Shown here: one piece after another, positions 48,703 to 59,573 of the stretch
How positions within the stretch are numbered: position 1 is the stretch's first letter
Layout: each line of letters begins with the position of its first letter
DNA from: Amphiscolops sp. MND2022
Lineage: Eukaryota
DNA length: 64,000 bases
Assembly (NCBI GenBank): GCA_964187785.1
Contig: OZ076412.1
Coordinates: 38,874,001 to 38,938,000, forward strand
Direction of reading: 5' to 3'
Program-made: the position numbers and the translations under genes
The notes under the pieces: model-generated
The model's input: the letters and a program-made list of their open reading frames with translations, nothing else
What the model was told of the DNA's origin: nothing
Databases searched by the model: none

Positions 48703-49966
48703 TGTCGCAGGCTGCCGCCTGTGATGGTACAAGGATCACTACTACCGCAGAAGGACAGGAAATAGCGGCCGGAACTCTACCAATATATTAGAGGTAAACA
48801 TTAAAAACACAAACTTCGCTATTATTTTTTTAGTCTACAAGTTGTACCTGTTATCGTTGCGAATTTTACACTTAGTATATAGTTTGTTGATATTAGTCCG
48901 TTAATGCCAACATTTGAAAATTCAGATGCTGTATTGATAATTGTAAGAGCTAGAAGTGCAGTATGAACACGCTGTTATAGCAATAGATAGGCAGCTAGAA
49001 AGCGTAAAGGAAACGAGTTCAAGTGAACGTAACTCCAATTCCGGAGACGTCACTTGAGCTCAACCTGTTAGCCAATCATATTCATCCATTTGAGTAATAG
49101 TAGTGCTGTATTTAATTAATGGCCGGTTTAGGCCATATGCCGGAATTTCACCTTTATCTATTGGCGCTTTAGTCAAACGGCCGGTTCCGACCTTAATGTT
49201 CAGATGAAAGAATATTAATGCAAGCACTGTTGTGTTTCGTTTAATAGTAGTCTAATCACGTTGCTGTACTAATTAAACGTTCATTTTAGCTAATTGGCGC
49301 TTTATTTTATCCATTCCAATATTAGGCCGAATAAGGCCATTTGCCTGACTTCTATCCTCTGTTGCTGTGACCAATTGGACAGTGGCCGGTTGAGGCCCCT
49401 TTTCAATACTATTATTCAGATGCTAATTACAATCATTTAGTGTACTTTAAATGTCATGTATAATTACAAGTACGTCGTAAAGACTCATGTAACTTTTGAA
49501 TTTAATTGGTGTAATCAATACCAATGTATGATGTTGCTACCAATATTAGTCCAAAGGACATGTCTGACCATATGTACTAGTTGACACGTGGAATCTGTGT
49601 GCATATTATATAAAGGAAAATATGTGCTGTTACATGTAACATTGCTGTATACAGGTTGATCTAGCCTGCTAACGGGGCACGTGCCGACACGAGATTGTCA
49701 GCATTTCTGAAATATTAGCGGCGTAAACATTTTAATCGATGCTATTTGATGTACCGTGTGCCTTTTGAATACTTGTTATAGTTGTCAAAACAGGAATTTG
49801 ATCGGCCGCGTGACCTTACGATCACGATTCGGCGGCACTTTGATGCTTGCATAGTCGAGTTAAGTCAGGTGCTTTCGGAATGTGTTTGTATCATTCTTTG
49901 GCTGTTTGCATCATGTTTATCCCGCCCAAGGAAGTATATATAGGGGCAACTTCCTTTGGGTGGACA
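48703..49966 (+). repeat. 5' LTR (identity proven only to 49432; right end tentative)
   Basis: Starts TGTCGCAGG and matches 63271-64000 over 730 nt with 3 substitutions. TATATAAA at 49607-49614. The candidate GACA end at 49963-49966 would give TGTC/GACA termini. Confidence 0.7.
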
Positions 49967-50074
49967 CAATTTTGTTTTGCTCCTAATATTCAGTTGATAA
50001 CACTTTCTCGTTAACAATCACCAATTCTGTTTTCCGGTTTTAATAATTTAACTATTCAACCCGGTTTAGTCTTA

Positions 50075-51769
50075 ATGCCTACTACTAGAAAACAAAAGAA
50101 GGCAAGGAAATCTAGAGGATTAGAGATTCTCTCTGACATTGAAAACCTTGACATAATGTTAGGTGAAAATCACTTCAATGACATGAGGAGAGACGAAAGT
50201 CTCGATGGAACTTCCATTAGAAGGCAGGAAAGTGTTACAAGCAACAACTTAGAGAATGAGGAAATGAATCTCCATTCTGATCATAGAAATCCCGAAACTG
50301 GGACTAGTGCCGGTTACGACCGAATCACAGCGAGTATAGATTCTCAAGCTGAGATCAATAAGTTATCGTGTGAACTAAACTCTAGAGTATCTAGGGAGAT
50401 GGATGAGATGATGAACAACGTTAGTTCTCAAATCCAGAGAGCCATAAGTGATGCCATCAATAACCAAGTTTTGCCACAAATTCAAAACGTTATTATGGCC
50501 GGTTCAGGACAAGAGACTAGAAGGGGATGGGAGAGATCCGACGAGAGACCGGAAAGTTATTCCGAAGTTCAGTATAACGCGAAAACTAAAACCACCCTCA
50601 ATAATGAACACGGTGATAGAATACATCGTAATGTTCATGACATGGTGACAGGAGACAACGAATCTCCAAATCAAGTTCCTGAGTTTCTCACAGTACGAAT
50701 CTCATCCAGAAATCATCTCGACAGGTCCTTCGAGGACATCAACCTCGACACGACGATCCCAGCACAAGAGAGAATCGCTACGGCTGCTGACTCCGACCCC
50801 ATCACCCGACTGGCAGACGTCTTGACTACAATGCAAAATAGACCGACAGCCCAACAACTCACCATACGCCCAGTCAACTCAAATACCATGACATTCGATG
50901 GCAAAAGTGAGAAATTCGAGCTGTTCGAAGACCTATTTCACACTATGATCAAGATGCAGCCAGAAATGACTGAGCAAATGAAGATCAATCACTTCCACTC
51001 TTTATTGAGGAAAAATGCTCTCCAGACGTTCAGAAATATCAGCTCAAGCAACCGACAAACTCTAGAGGACGTATTAGTCATCTTTAGACGGAAATACGTC
51101 AAGCCCGAGTCACAGGCGACTGCCAAACATAAATGGCACCGTCTAGTCTTCGATCCCAATACGATGAAGCTGCCTGATTTTCTCGAAGAATTGAACCAGG
51201 GAGCCGAGAAGGCGTTTGGCGATCATGCACAGAAAATGATTGACAGCTTGCTCTACGCAAAGCTGCCACCTAAGTTGAAGCGATCTGTCAACATGGCCAG
51301 ATTAGAAAATGGCTCATATGATGAAATTGTTGCTCATTTGGAGAGAGAGTTGGAACTCAATGCCCTTGAGGAATCAGATGACCTACCAATGGCCACAATG
51401 ACCTCCTCATCTAAAAAACCTAAAACTCCTCTGTCCACAGGGCAACTGTCCGATATCACTTGCAATTACTGCAAGGAAAAGGGCCACATGGTCAAGGACT
51501 GCGAAAAACTGAAAAAGAAAAAAGAAAAAGATGCCCAACAAGGCAAGTCGACACAGAAGAAAACATATCCGGAGTGTGGCACTTGTGGGAAAAAGAACCA
51601 CCCGGAGGAGAGATGTTGGCAAGGTGCTGGTGCACATCTTAAACCCAAACGCACTAGACATGATGACTCAACTGAAAATAAGCCCAATCCAAAGGCTCAG
51701 AAACCTCAGACCAAACCGACATCATCGAGCTCCCAATCCTCATATCCTAATGATGAGTCAAAAAACTAA
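50075..51769 (+). CDS. gag: Gag (564 aa)
   Basis: Capsid-like FDGKSEKFELFEDLF region and two CCHC knuckles, CNYCKEKGHMVKDC and CGTCGKKNHPEERC. Confidence 0.9.
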   Translation: MPTTRKQKKARKSRGLEILSDIENLDIMLGENHFNDMRRDESLDGTSIRRQESVTSNNLENEEMNLHSDHRNPETGTSAGYDRITASIDSQAEINKLSCELNSRVSREMDEMMNNVSSQIQRAISDAINNQVLPQIQNVIMAGSGQETRRGWERSDERPESYSEVQYNAKTKTTLNNEHGDRIHRNVHDMVTGDNESPNQVPEFLTVRISSRNHLDRSFEDINLDTTIPAQERIATAADSDPITRLADVLTTMQNRPTAQQLTIRPVNSNTMTFDGKSEKFELFEDLFHTMIKMQPEMTEQMKINHFHSLLRKNALQTFRNISSSNRQTLEDVLVIFRRKYVKPESQATAKHKWHRLVFDPNTMKLPDFLEELNQGAEKAFGDHAQKMIDSLLYAKLPPKLKRSVNMARLENGSYDEIVAHLERELELNALEESDDLPMATMTSSSKKPKTPLSTGQLSDITCNYCKEKGHMVKDCEKLKKKKEKDAQQGKSTQKKTYPECGTCGKKNHPEERCWQGAGAHLKPKRTRHDDSTENKPNPKAQKPQTKPTSSSSQSSYPNDESKN

Positions 51770-53703
51770 CTTCGCCACGACTCCAATATAACGAATTAAT
51801 ATCTGTCCGACAATACATCAGATCGGACCCTCCAAAGCAAACCTTCCACCAATACAATCAGCAATTGATGGGCTATCCCTCTGTTGTCTGGCAGCAGCAG
51901 ATGGAAAAAGCTACCATCATCACCTACAATAACACCCATTTATTCCAGAAACCAATTCCTGTTTGGGACACTGATTACACCACTACCTTCACCACCCGCT
52001 TCAGGCCCATTCCCCTAATCGATAATTACAATCCAACATACATCGACCCAGACTACGGCAGAAGAGATCCCTATTGGGACACCGAGCTTTACAACCAAGA
52101 TTCACTGCAATTTCAATATGTCCTGGACGATATTGACTATTATAACAGAACAGTCCACGAGAACCCCCCAATTACCCATAACAAGAAAACACGAGCACTA
52201 ATCGAAAACTGGCAAATGAATGATGGTACAAACCACCCAGTGTTCCCAAACCCATTGGGGACCGAGAACCCTGAAAACAGTGGTGAATCCACGCCACAAT
52301 CATTATTAGATGAAAAACAATTCCAAAATGTACTCATCACCAGAGATGGTGAACCAGACTGTATACCCCTGTCAACCAACATCAACCTCAAATGCAAGAA
52401 ACGCATGCTTTATTTCCCAATGGACTTTGGGGAATTGACCATTGATGGATTAACAGACACTGGAGCACTGTCCAGTGCAATCCCTGAAATGGACCTCCGG
52501 AAAATCCGCCTTCTATCTCCACAATCTGTTATCCGAGAAGGTCCGCCTCCGAACTTCCAAATCATGGTCGCTAATGGGCAACTGGAAACTCCTAAGAGTA
52601 CCATCGAGCTCAAATTCGAAGTTGGTGACATTGAGTTCCATGAAATCTTTATAGTAATGGAACATTTGACAGGACCAATCATTGGACTAATGTTCCTTCA
52701 GAGAAATCATACAGTGCTGGACATGAGACAAGGGATACTGAATTTCCCCTTCTTTTCAATGCAGCTCAAAACGGCTGACCATAAGTACTCAAATGTATTA
52801 GAACCAATTCTCAACCCTATTGAGATAACAATTCCACCAAATGATAAAGTCCTGATTAGAACCAATTCCCTACTCTACCCTGAGAATGCTGTCACTGGAA
52901 TTTTGCAACCGAGCGACCTTCTACATGAGGAAGGCGACATCACATTTTGCCCAGCTTTGGTCACTCTGAATGACGGCAATATATTGATACCAGTGAACAA
53001 TTTCACAGACCACCCTTATAAACTCAAAAAGGGACTACATATTGCCAATTTCTCTGTCATGACGCCAGAACAGATGAAGTATGTCAAACCGGTAGACCCG
53101 GCATCAACCTGGCACCTTTTGCAGAATGACCAGGAGCAAGCAGCCCATTATGTCAGCAGTCTCATCAAAACCAATAGAAATCCACAAAACTCCAAAAATT
53201 ATTGGTTCCCAACTCCAGAAAACCCTGGAAATCCTGAGGAACACACACCTATACAAAAACGAATCCTACGCGAGTTACAGGCCTTACAGGACCTGGAGAC
53301 ACTCGACCCCACCACAGATGCAGAATCATGTGCAAAATTCTTAGAACACTTCGACTGGAAAGATTCCACCCTTACTCCTGAAGAAAAGGAGAAAATTGAG
53401 GAATTGTTAGTGGAATTCCATGACATCTTTGCACGACACCGATTTGATATAGGCATGAACGAGGAATTCAAAGTGAAACTGACACCTAAGGACGATTCCC
53501 CAGCCTATAGTCAAAGCCTTCCAGCTCCTATCAATTTGAAGGAGGACATCTTAGTCGAATTAGCCATGTTACACAAATATGGCATCATCACCACCCTACC
53601 GTTCTCAAAATATGCGAGTCCAATATTTGCACAGAAGAAACCAAACGGGAAACTCCGACTCTTGGTTGACTTGAAAAAAAATCAACAACCTCATCTCAAA
53701 TGA
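51757..53703 (+). CDS. pol: Pol part 1: spacer, aspartic protease, dUTPase-like beta region, RT start
   Basis: DTG at 52456, then YASPIFAQKKPNGKLRLLVDL. The frame is broken by an A8 run at 53674-53681. Confidence 0.9.
   Translation, partial: VKKLTSPRLQYNELISVRQYIRSDPPKQTFHQYNQQLMGYPSVVWQQQMEKATIITYNNTHLFQKPIPVWDTDYTTTFTTRFRPIPLIDNYNPTYIDPDYGRRDPYWDTELYNQDSLQFQYVLDDIDYYNRTVHENPPITHNKKTRALIENWQMNDGTNHPVFPNPLGTENPENSGESTPQSLLDEKQFQNVLITRDGEPDCIPLSTNINLKCKKRMLYFPMDFGELTIDGLTDTGALSSAIPEMDLRKIRLLSPQSVIREGPPPNFQIMVANGQLETPKSTIELKFEVGDIEFHEIFIVMEHLTGPIIGLMFLQRNHTVLDMRQGILNFPFFSMQLKTADHKYSNVLEPILNPIEITIPPNDKVLIRTNSLLYPENAVTGILQPSDLLHEEGDITFCPALVTLNDGNILIPVNNFTDHPYKLKKGLHIANFSVMTPEQMKYVKPVDPASTWHLLQNDQEQAAHYVSSLIKTNRNPQNSKNYWFPTPENPGNPEEHTPIQKRILRELQALQDLETLDPTTDAESCAKFLEHFDWKDSTLTPEEKEKIEELLVEFHDIFARHRFDIGMNEEFKVKLTPKDDSPAYSQSLPAPINLKEDILVELAMLHKYGIITTLPFSKYASPIFAQKKPNGKLRLLVDLKKNQQPHLK
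51760..51766 (+). promoter_or_regulatory. -1 ribosomal frameshift slippery site A-AAA-AAC
   Basis: The heptamer is in gag phase immediately before the gag TAA. The pol frame is -1 relative to gag and opens only at 51757. Confidence 0.8.
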
Positions 53704-56700
53704 TTATATCAACAACAATCATCCCGTCAGTACACTAGTTGATGCCGCACAACACTTGGCAGGCAAAAAACTGTTCTGTAAATTAGACTGTTCGCAGGCA
53801 TACCACTGCCTACCAATGGCCGACCAACGCTCAATCGAAATGTTGGCTTTCAATTTTGCCAGTCGCACATTCGCTTACCGACGCTTGGCACAAGGCCTTA
53901 GTCGGTCACTATCCGCATTCTCGAGTTTCATGAGGGAATACCTCGACAAAGTCATTAAAGCGGATCAGTGTGCCCAGTATGTGGATGATATCGGCATCGC
54001 AGCCAATGATGTCGACCACCTCATGACGAACCTGAGAGCCACGTTCAAATGCATTCAGGAAGCAGGCCTTAAGTTGACAATGCACAAATGTCACTTCGGT
54101 GCAAAAGAAATTGATTTTCTCGGACGGAATATTACCCCACAAGGCGTCAAACCTCAGAAACAGAACGTGCAAAACTTTCTGGAAAAGACCAAATTCCCGA
54201 AGTCGAAAAAGGCTTTACAGCGCTATTTGGGATTCCTAAACTATTACAGGAATTATGTCCCAAGACTCTCTGAACGCCTTGCTCCATTCTACAAGATGCT
54301 CAAAAGTGACGAAAAGGTCCTAGTATCGAAAGAACTAGTCCAACAATTCGAAGAAATCAATAGAGCACTAGACAAATGTTGCGACCTGGCCCTACAACAG
54401 CCCATTCCGAACAAACAAATAGCACTAATGACTGATGCAAGTTTTGGTGCAGCCGGGTACGCGGTCCTAATTGAGGACGACCCAAGTCAGAAATTTACAC
54501 CACTCAGAAAATCGTATGCACCGGTCGCATATGGATCAAAAACTTTCACCCCAGCACAGATCAAGATGTCAATTTATGCCAAGGAATTCCTTGCAATTTA
54601 TTTTGCATTCAAAGAATTCGGACGTATCTTCTGGGGTGCGCCGAAACCGGTCATCATCCTTACGGACAACAAAGCTGTCACGAGATTTTTCCAAACGAAA
54701 ATAATACCCCCAGCCCTGTGGAACGCGTGTGATTATGTCATTCAGTTCAATTTTGTCATAGCACACATCCCAGGGGCACAAAATACAGCCGCCGACTATT
54801 TGTCCCGATTGGAAGCAGATCCAAAGGACAAATTGGTGATGAAAATTCGTGAAGATGTACAAACACTACCAATCGAAATCAACGTCCAATCCGCAGGTGT
54901 GACGCAAGAAGAACAAATCTTCTACACCAATGACGACGACGAGACAGAGGAACAGTATTGGGCAAGAAAAGAAGCAATTAGGAAAAATCCAACAACTGAT
55001 GAGCCCACTGTTACTATACAAACTCTGTCAACAAATCTGGTCAAGCAACACCCCGATATACAAGTCCGATTGAGGAGAACGAACCAGATCATTATCGAGC
55101 AATCCAAGGATGCGGTACTACAACAATTGAAAGCAAAACTGCTTCATGAAGAGTATTCAGAAAATCTACTACACCAGGATGCCCGATATAGATATTACGC
55201 AAACAATCTGGAACGAATTGTACTAAAGGACGAAATCCTGACAAGGCAATATTTCGATGAAACAGGGAATGTTAAATACCATCAAATTCTACTCCCGCAA
55301 CATTTACTCCAGGAATTGCTCCAATCCCTTCACGGGACAGCGCATAAACATCCTGGGATTTCAAAAATGCTGCAGGAAATTCGACAGAGGTATTACTACC
55401 CTAACATGGCTAAACATGTCAAAAAGTGGGTAGAAGGGTGCGAACACTGTGCCAGAGACAAAAGAGTCCCTAACGCAACGATCACACCTGAGCTGCTCAA
55501 CTTGCCCGAATGGGACCTCGGACCTGAAGACGCCATGCAAATAGACCTATTGCCGAATCTTCCCCCAAGTGGTGGGTATGAAAACGTCTTAACAGCAATT
55601 GATGTATTCTCCAGATATTTGTTCGCCTATCCCCTTACGGACACATCAGCGATCAATGTAGCAAAAGCGCTCATTGACATCATGACTAAACACTCATATC
55701 TACCAACGCCTCTTATCACTGATAAAGGTACTGCATTTACTTCTACAATTATTGCGGAGGTTACGCAAATTTTGGGCATCACACTCAAATGTGCAACGAC
55801 AAAACACCCGCAGACAATTGGGAAATTGGAGCGAACTCATGCCTCATTGAAAACAAATCTCAAAATGGCATGTGGGGAATATCGCCGACAGTGGCACAAA
55901 TACTTGCCATTAGCAGTACTGAATCATAATACTAGTTATCACGCCAGCATCGGTTGTGAACCGACGAAAGTATTCCATGGAAGAATTCCAGTTAATATCT
56001 TGGATCACAAACTTGGAAATAATCCAAATGAGCAGATCAACCCCACAACCGAATTTGCTGATGAAATCCAAAACCGGACAAAAATCCTAATTGACAAAAC
56101 GAAGCAGAACATTATGCAGTCGTATATCAAGTACAAAGAATATTACGACCGCAAAGCAAAAGCTGCTCCATTGAAGGAGAATGATTACTGTTTCGTCTTA
56201 CAGCCGAAAGCGAATCATCAGGGATCAAAAATTCCATTCCGCGATTACCGTTGGGTTGGACCATTTGTAGTCCAAAAAGTTTTGCCAAATGAAAACTATA
56301 TAGTACGACGGATCAATACGAACAAAACTCAAATTTTGCATCGCATTCGCCTTAAGAAGTTCGTCCCCAATCAACCGCTTGAGGATAATTTCCGAGAACA
56401 ACGTCTGCAGCCAGACGAAGAAATTGTCATTCCGCAAGATGACCTATACGTCATAGCGTGGGAAACAGATTTTGGGCAGCTAGTTACACGAGACAACGAG
56501 CCCATTCCGACTAGCGTGCCGAATGGCGAACAACCGAATGCGGCACAACCGAATACAAGTGACGCACACGAGAATGAAGTGGATTATGTAATCACGAGTG
56601 ATGAATCAAATCTTGCCGATCGTGCGTCGCATAGCCGGAATGAACGATTAATTGATGACGTCACTACAAGAAATGAAGCTAGTGAACAGTCTAGAAATGA

Positions 56701-56974
56701 AGAACCTGATTGGCCGAATCCGGCCATTTCCCCAAAAAGCCATGAAAAATCCTTGCCGGATACGGCAGACAGCCTTAGAGATAAAGAAATTTCCCCCGAT
56801 GAAAATTTTAGAACTGAAATCGATGCACAAAATTCTCCAAAAAGGGGGAATGATATTATCGTGCCCGAAATATCTGAAAACGATGCTAGAAATGAAAGTC
56901 TGAGACCTAGAGGAGGGAAATATAACCTCAGGCCTAACCCTAACCCAAACTACTCAGAAGACTTCAGATACTAA
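53682..56974 (+). CDS. pol: Pol part 2: RT, RNase H, integrase
   Basis: KLDCSQAY, YVDD (53978-53989), TDAS / KEFLA / TDNK / AADYLSR, integrase HHCC (H-GTAH-KH-PG...CEHC), D-D-E core (QIDLL, ITDKG, KLER) and the GPF motif. Confidence 0.95.
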
Positions 56975-57203
56975 GTATTGAATTTTCCCGGAAATGGGAA
57001 TTCTTTTCTTTTATCTTTGTTTTAAGCCCCTCTGAGAATTTCTTTTGAATAAATACTGGGGCATTTCAAAGGATCCCATACAAAAAGGGAATAAATAAGG
57101 GATCAAGACATCAAGAAATCAAAAGAAACAAATGGAAATGAATAAAACATAACAGAAATAAACAAAGTTTACAGAAATAGTGTACATAAATACATTTGTA
57201 CAC

Positions 57204-58517
57204 TTAAAGGTTAGAAGAACCAGGAGTGAGTTCCCGAGTAACAGAAGAGGCCCTCGACCTCGATGAGCTTCTCTCCATACGCCTTCGTTTAGTGTCACTG
57301 GGAGGCTGAACAGCAGGCGCGTCCCCCATGATGGATACATTTGGATTGTCCAGTCCTCTTACCCGCTCAGCAGAATCAGAAGAGACAGTGCGATAGGTTG
57401 AAACCAGAGACTTGAAGATCTTACCCCGCCCAAAGACATCAACGTGGGTCCATGGATCGTACTCAGGTGAGAAAGCTGATCGCCCGAAGGAAGCAGCCAG
57501 TAGCGAAAAATCACTGAGTTTCTGGTCAGTAACGCAATAAGCAAGGGACTCTGGTACTCCGGACAAATAACTCTGTACAGGCAAAACAACGTCAGTGGAC
57601 CGACTTTGGAAGCCTGTTGTGTTAAGAGTCCCCATAGTGACAATGGGGCAACCAGGACTGCAGGAGGTGGCACAGAGACAACATAGTTTGAACAGATGCA
57701 CTAAATGAACGCGGTTCTGCATATACTCGAGAGACATGAGGAAATCGATTAAGTCCCGGAAATGTTGAGTGATATCGAAATCAGGAGCATAATTGCCATG
57801 CAGGTGGTCGAGTAGTCCAACATACTCGTCACGACAAGCAGACTCATTGGAAGATGTCACCCATGAGCGGAGAAGGAAGGTACTGTAGAGAACGTCGAAA
57901 TGACGGAGCGCCACTACTGTAGGCCTTCTGAGCATAATGAAAGGGTCAAAAGCAGCGAGCCCTTTAACGATGTTTGAGCTTAGCCCAGCTTGTCGGAGGA
58001 CTTCGCCAATCAGGTACTGCAGGTATGCTTGCCCATCTCGGACGAACTCAGCCTTCATTGTTGAAGCGGTCTTTTGGACGAGTGACTTGTCCACTTTCTT
58101 CCCCGAATGGATGCCCTCTGCTTTCAATTTACAGGCTCGGGCCACCTTGTTCGTCATTTGGAGTCGGGTCAGGAACTCCTCCACAGGCATAAACGCTCCC
58201 TCTGTAATCTGGAACCCTAGCAGGAGAAACCACGAATTCTCGAGGGGGATTGTGTCAGAGTTGTAACAGCGGAAACACAATTTATAGATATAACGGGATA
58301 CCTCACCACAGAGGTAAAAGGAAGAATCGCGCCGCCGCTGCAAGTTGATGACGAAACTGGAAGTGTCTGAAACAAGGAAATGGTCTGTTCCGGCCCCAAA
58401 GAAAAGCCTTAAAAAATTCACCGTAGAACACGTACAATCGCTGATTAGGTGGTAAAAGAACCCCTGTTTGACAAGGAAGAACTCATCACAAATGAGGGAC
58501 CACTCGAAACGTTGAAC
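57204..58517 (-). CDS. Antisense cargo gene, exon 4 (possibly split by a 93-nt in-frame intron at 58209-58301): hAT transposase C-terminal half
   Basis: Acceptor TTTTTTGTTCCAG, phase 0. Contains EFVRDGQAYLQYLIGEVLRQAGLSSNIVKGLAAFDP and HLVHLFKLCCLCATSCSP, matching hAT F...C..FY...I.KR.P....+...L..+DP and the C-terminal dimerisation helix. Confidence 0.75.
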   Translation of the reverse strand, partial: VQRFEWSLICDEFFLVKQGFFYHLISDCTCSTVNFLRLFFGAGTDHFLVSDTSSFVINLQRRRDSSFYLCGEVSRYIYKLCFRCYNSDTIPLENSWFLLLGFQITEGAFMPVEEFLTRLQMTNKVARACKLKAEGIHSGKKVDKSLVQKTASTMKAEFVRDGQAYLQYLIGEVLRQAGLSSNIVKGLAAFDPFIMLRRPTVVALRHFDVLYSTFLLRSWVTSSNESACRDEYVGLLDHLHGNYAPDFDITQHFRDLIDFLMSLEYMQNRVHLVHLFKLCCLCATSCSPGCPIVTMGTLNTTGFQSRSTDVVLPVQSYLSGVPESLAYCVTDQKLSDFSLLAASFGRSAFSPEYDPWTHVDVFGRGKIFKSLVSTYRTVSSDSAERVRGLDNPNVSIMGDAPAVQPPSDTKRRRMERSSSRSRASSVTRELTPGSSNL

Positions 58518-58627
58518 CTGGAACAAAAAACGGAGGAAGTGACACCTATTACCAACCCTATCACGCTCGACAAGCTGGTTATGGTGATTACAATTTTGCT
58601 GAAGAAGGAACTTGGCACATAACTCAC

Positions 58628-58762
58628 CCTTGTCCTAACCCCCTGTCCTTGCTGCTGGGGAACGCGAGAAGTCAAGTAAGTCGTGATCGACTTCCACTCA
58701 TCTATGAGTTCCTGGCAAAGTGTGGGGAGAGATTGGAGATCTAATCTGCAACTGGAAATGGC
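58628..58762 (-). CDS. Antisense cargo gene, exon 3 (45 codons)
   Basis: Acceptor ACTTTCTCTTTTAG, donor GTGAGT, both phase 0. CRLDLQSLPTLCQELIDEWKSITTYL resembles hAT TRWLSL...V.R+LE.W..L..YF. Confidence 0.75.
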
Positions 58763-58858
58763 CTAAAAGAGAAAGTATGGTGGTAAATATTACGCAGATG
58801 TACAATCCTCGGATTCCCTCCCTATTTAGATTTCACCAAATATTTGAAAGTCACTAAC

Positions 58859-59344
58859 TCGAACTAGTTCAGGACTCCTTTGTACCCAATCTTCGCGGAG
58901 AGAACTGCCTAGGGAAATCACGAGGCCTTTGAGCACGGAGAAGAAATCAATATGGCCAGAAACACTGTAGCTGAGTTTATGCATCAGGTGAGGCAGGTCC
59001 AGCTGACTGAAGCGAAAACAGCTTTGCACGGCCCTGGTAGTGGTCGGCATTTCATCTATGGTCCGGAGCAGTTCAGCGGGACAGCCCGAACAGGCAACTA
59101 TATCTGCCTTGGTAGAGACCACTGAGAACAGTCGGGCTAGGGACCCCAGTTCGCCCACTAAGTCTGAAGACGGTAGTCCACTTCTGCACACTGTCACTCT
59201 GCAGAGTTCCCAACCCTTCCAGAATCGTAGGGACATGAACCTGCTGGTCCCACTGTCTTCGAACTCCAGGCCAAAGCATTGTTCCGAGGCTACGTGCTCA
59301 GCAAGGTTCTGTAAGGCGCAATTGAAGAAATGTTGGAAAATCGC
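58859..59344 (-). CDS. Antisense cargo gene, exon 2 (162 codons)
   Basis: Acceptor TTTCCCATTTCAG, donor GTTAGT, phase 0. CFGLEFEDSGTSRFMSLRFW resembles hAT FSL..DESTD...QL.+.VRY, and DLPHLMH resembles C.CH.LH. Confidence 0.75.
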
Positions 59345-59573
59345 CTGAAATGGGAAACACTATGTGAAATCGGATTCGAATTGCCAATCGGAGGACACTT
59401 AAGACTGGACGGGAATACAACGAGATTAGTGCACGTACAAGGGGACTTATATACAGATGTAGATACTACAACACTCTTGTCAAACCATAGAAAATGAAAC
59501 ACGGTTCGTGGGAGGAAGAAAACCCCTGGGTTTACGCCCTAAAGTTTGTATTACTGCTATCTCTAATACTTAC

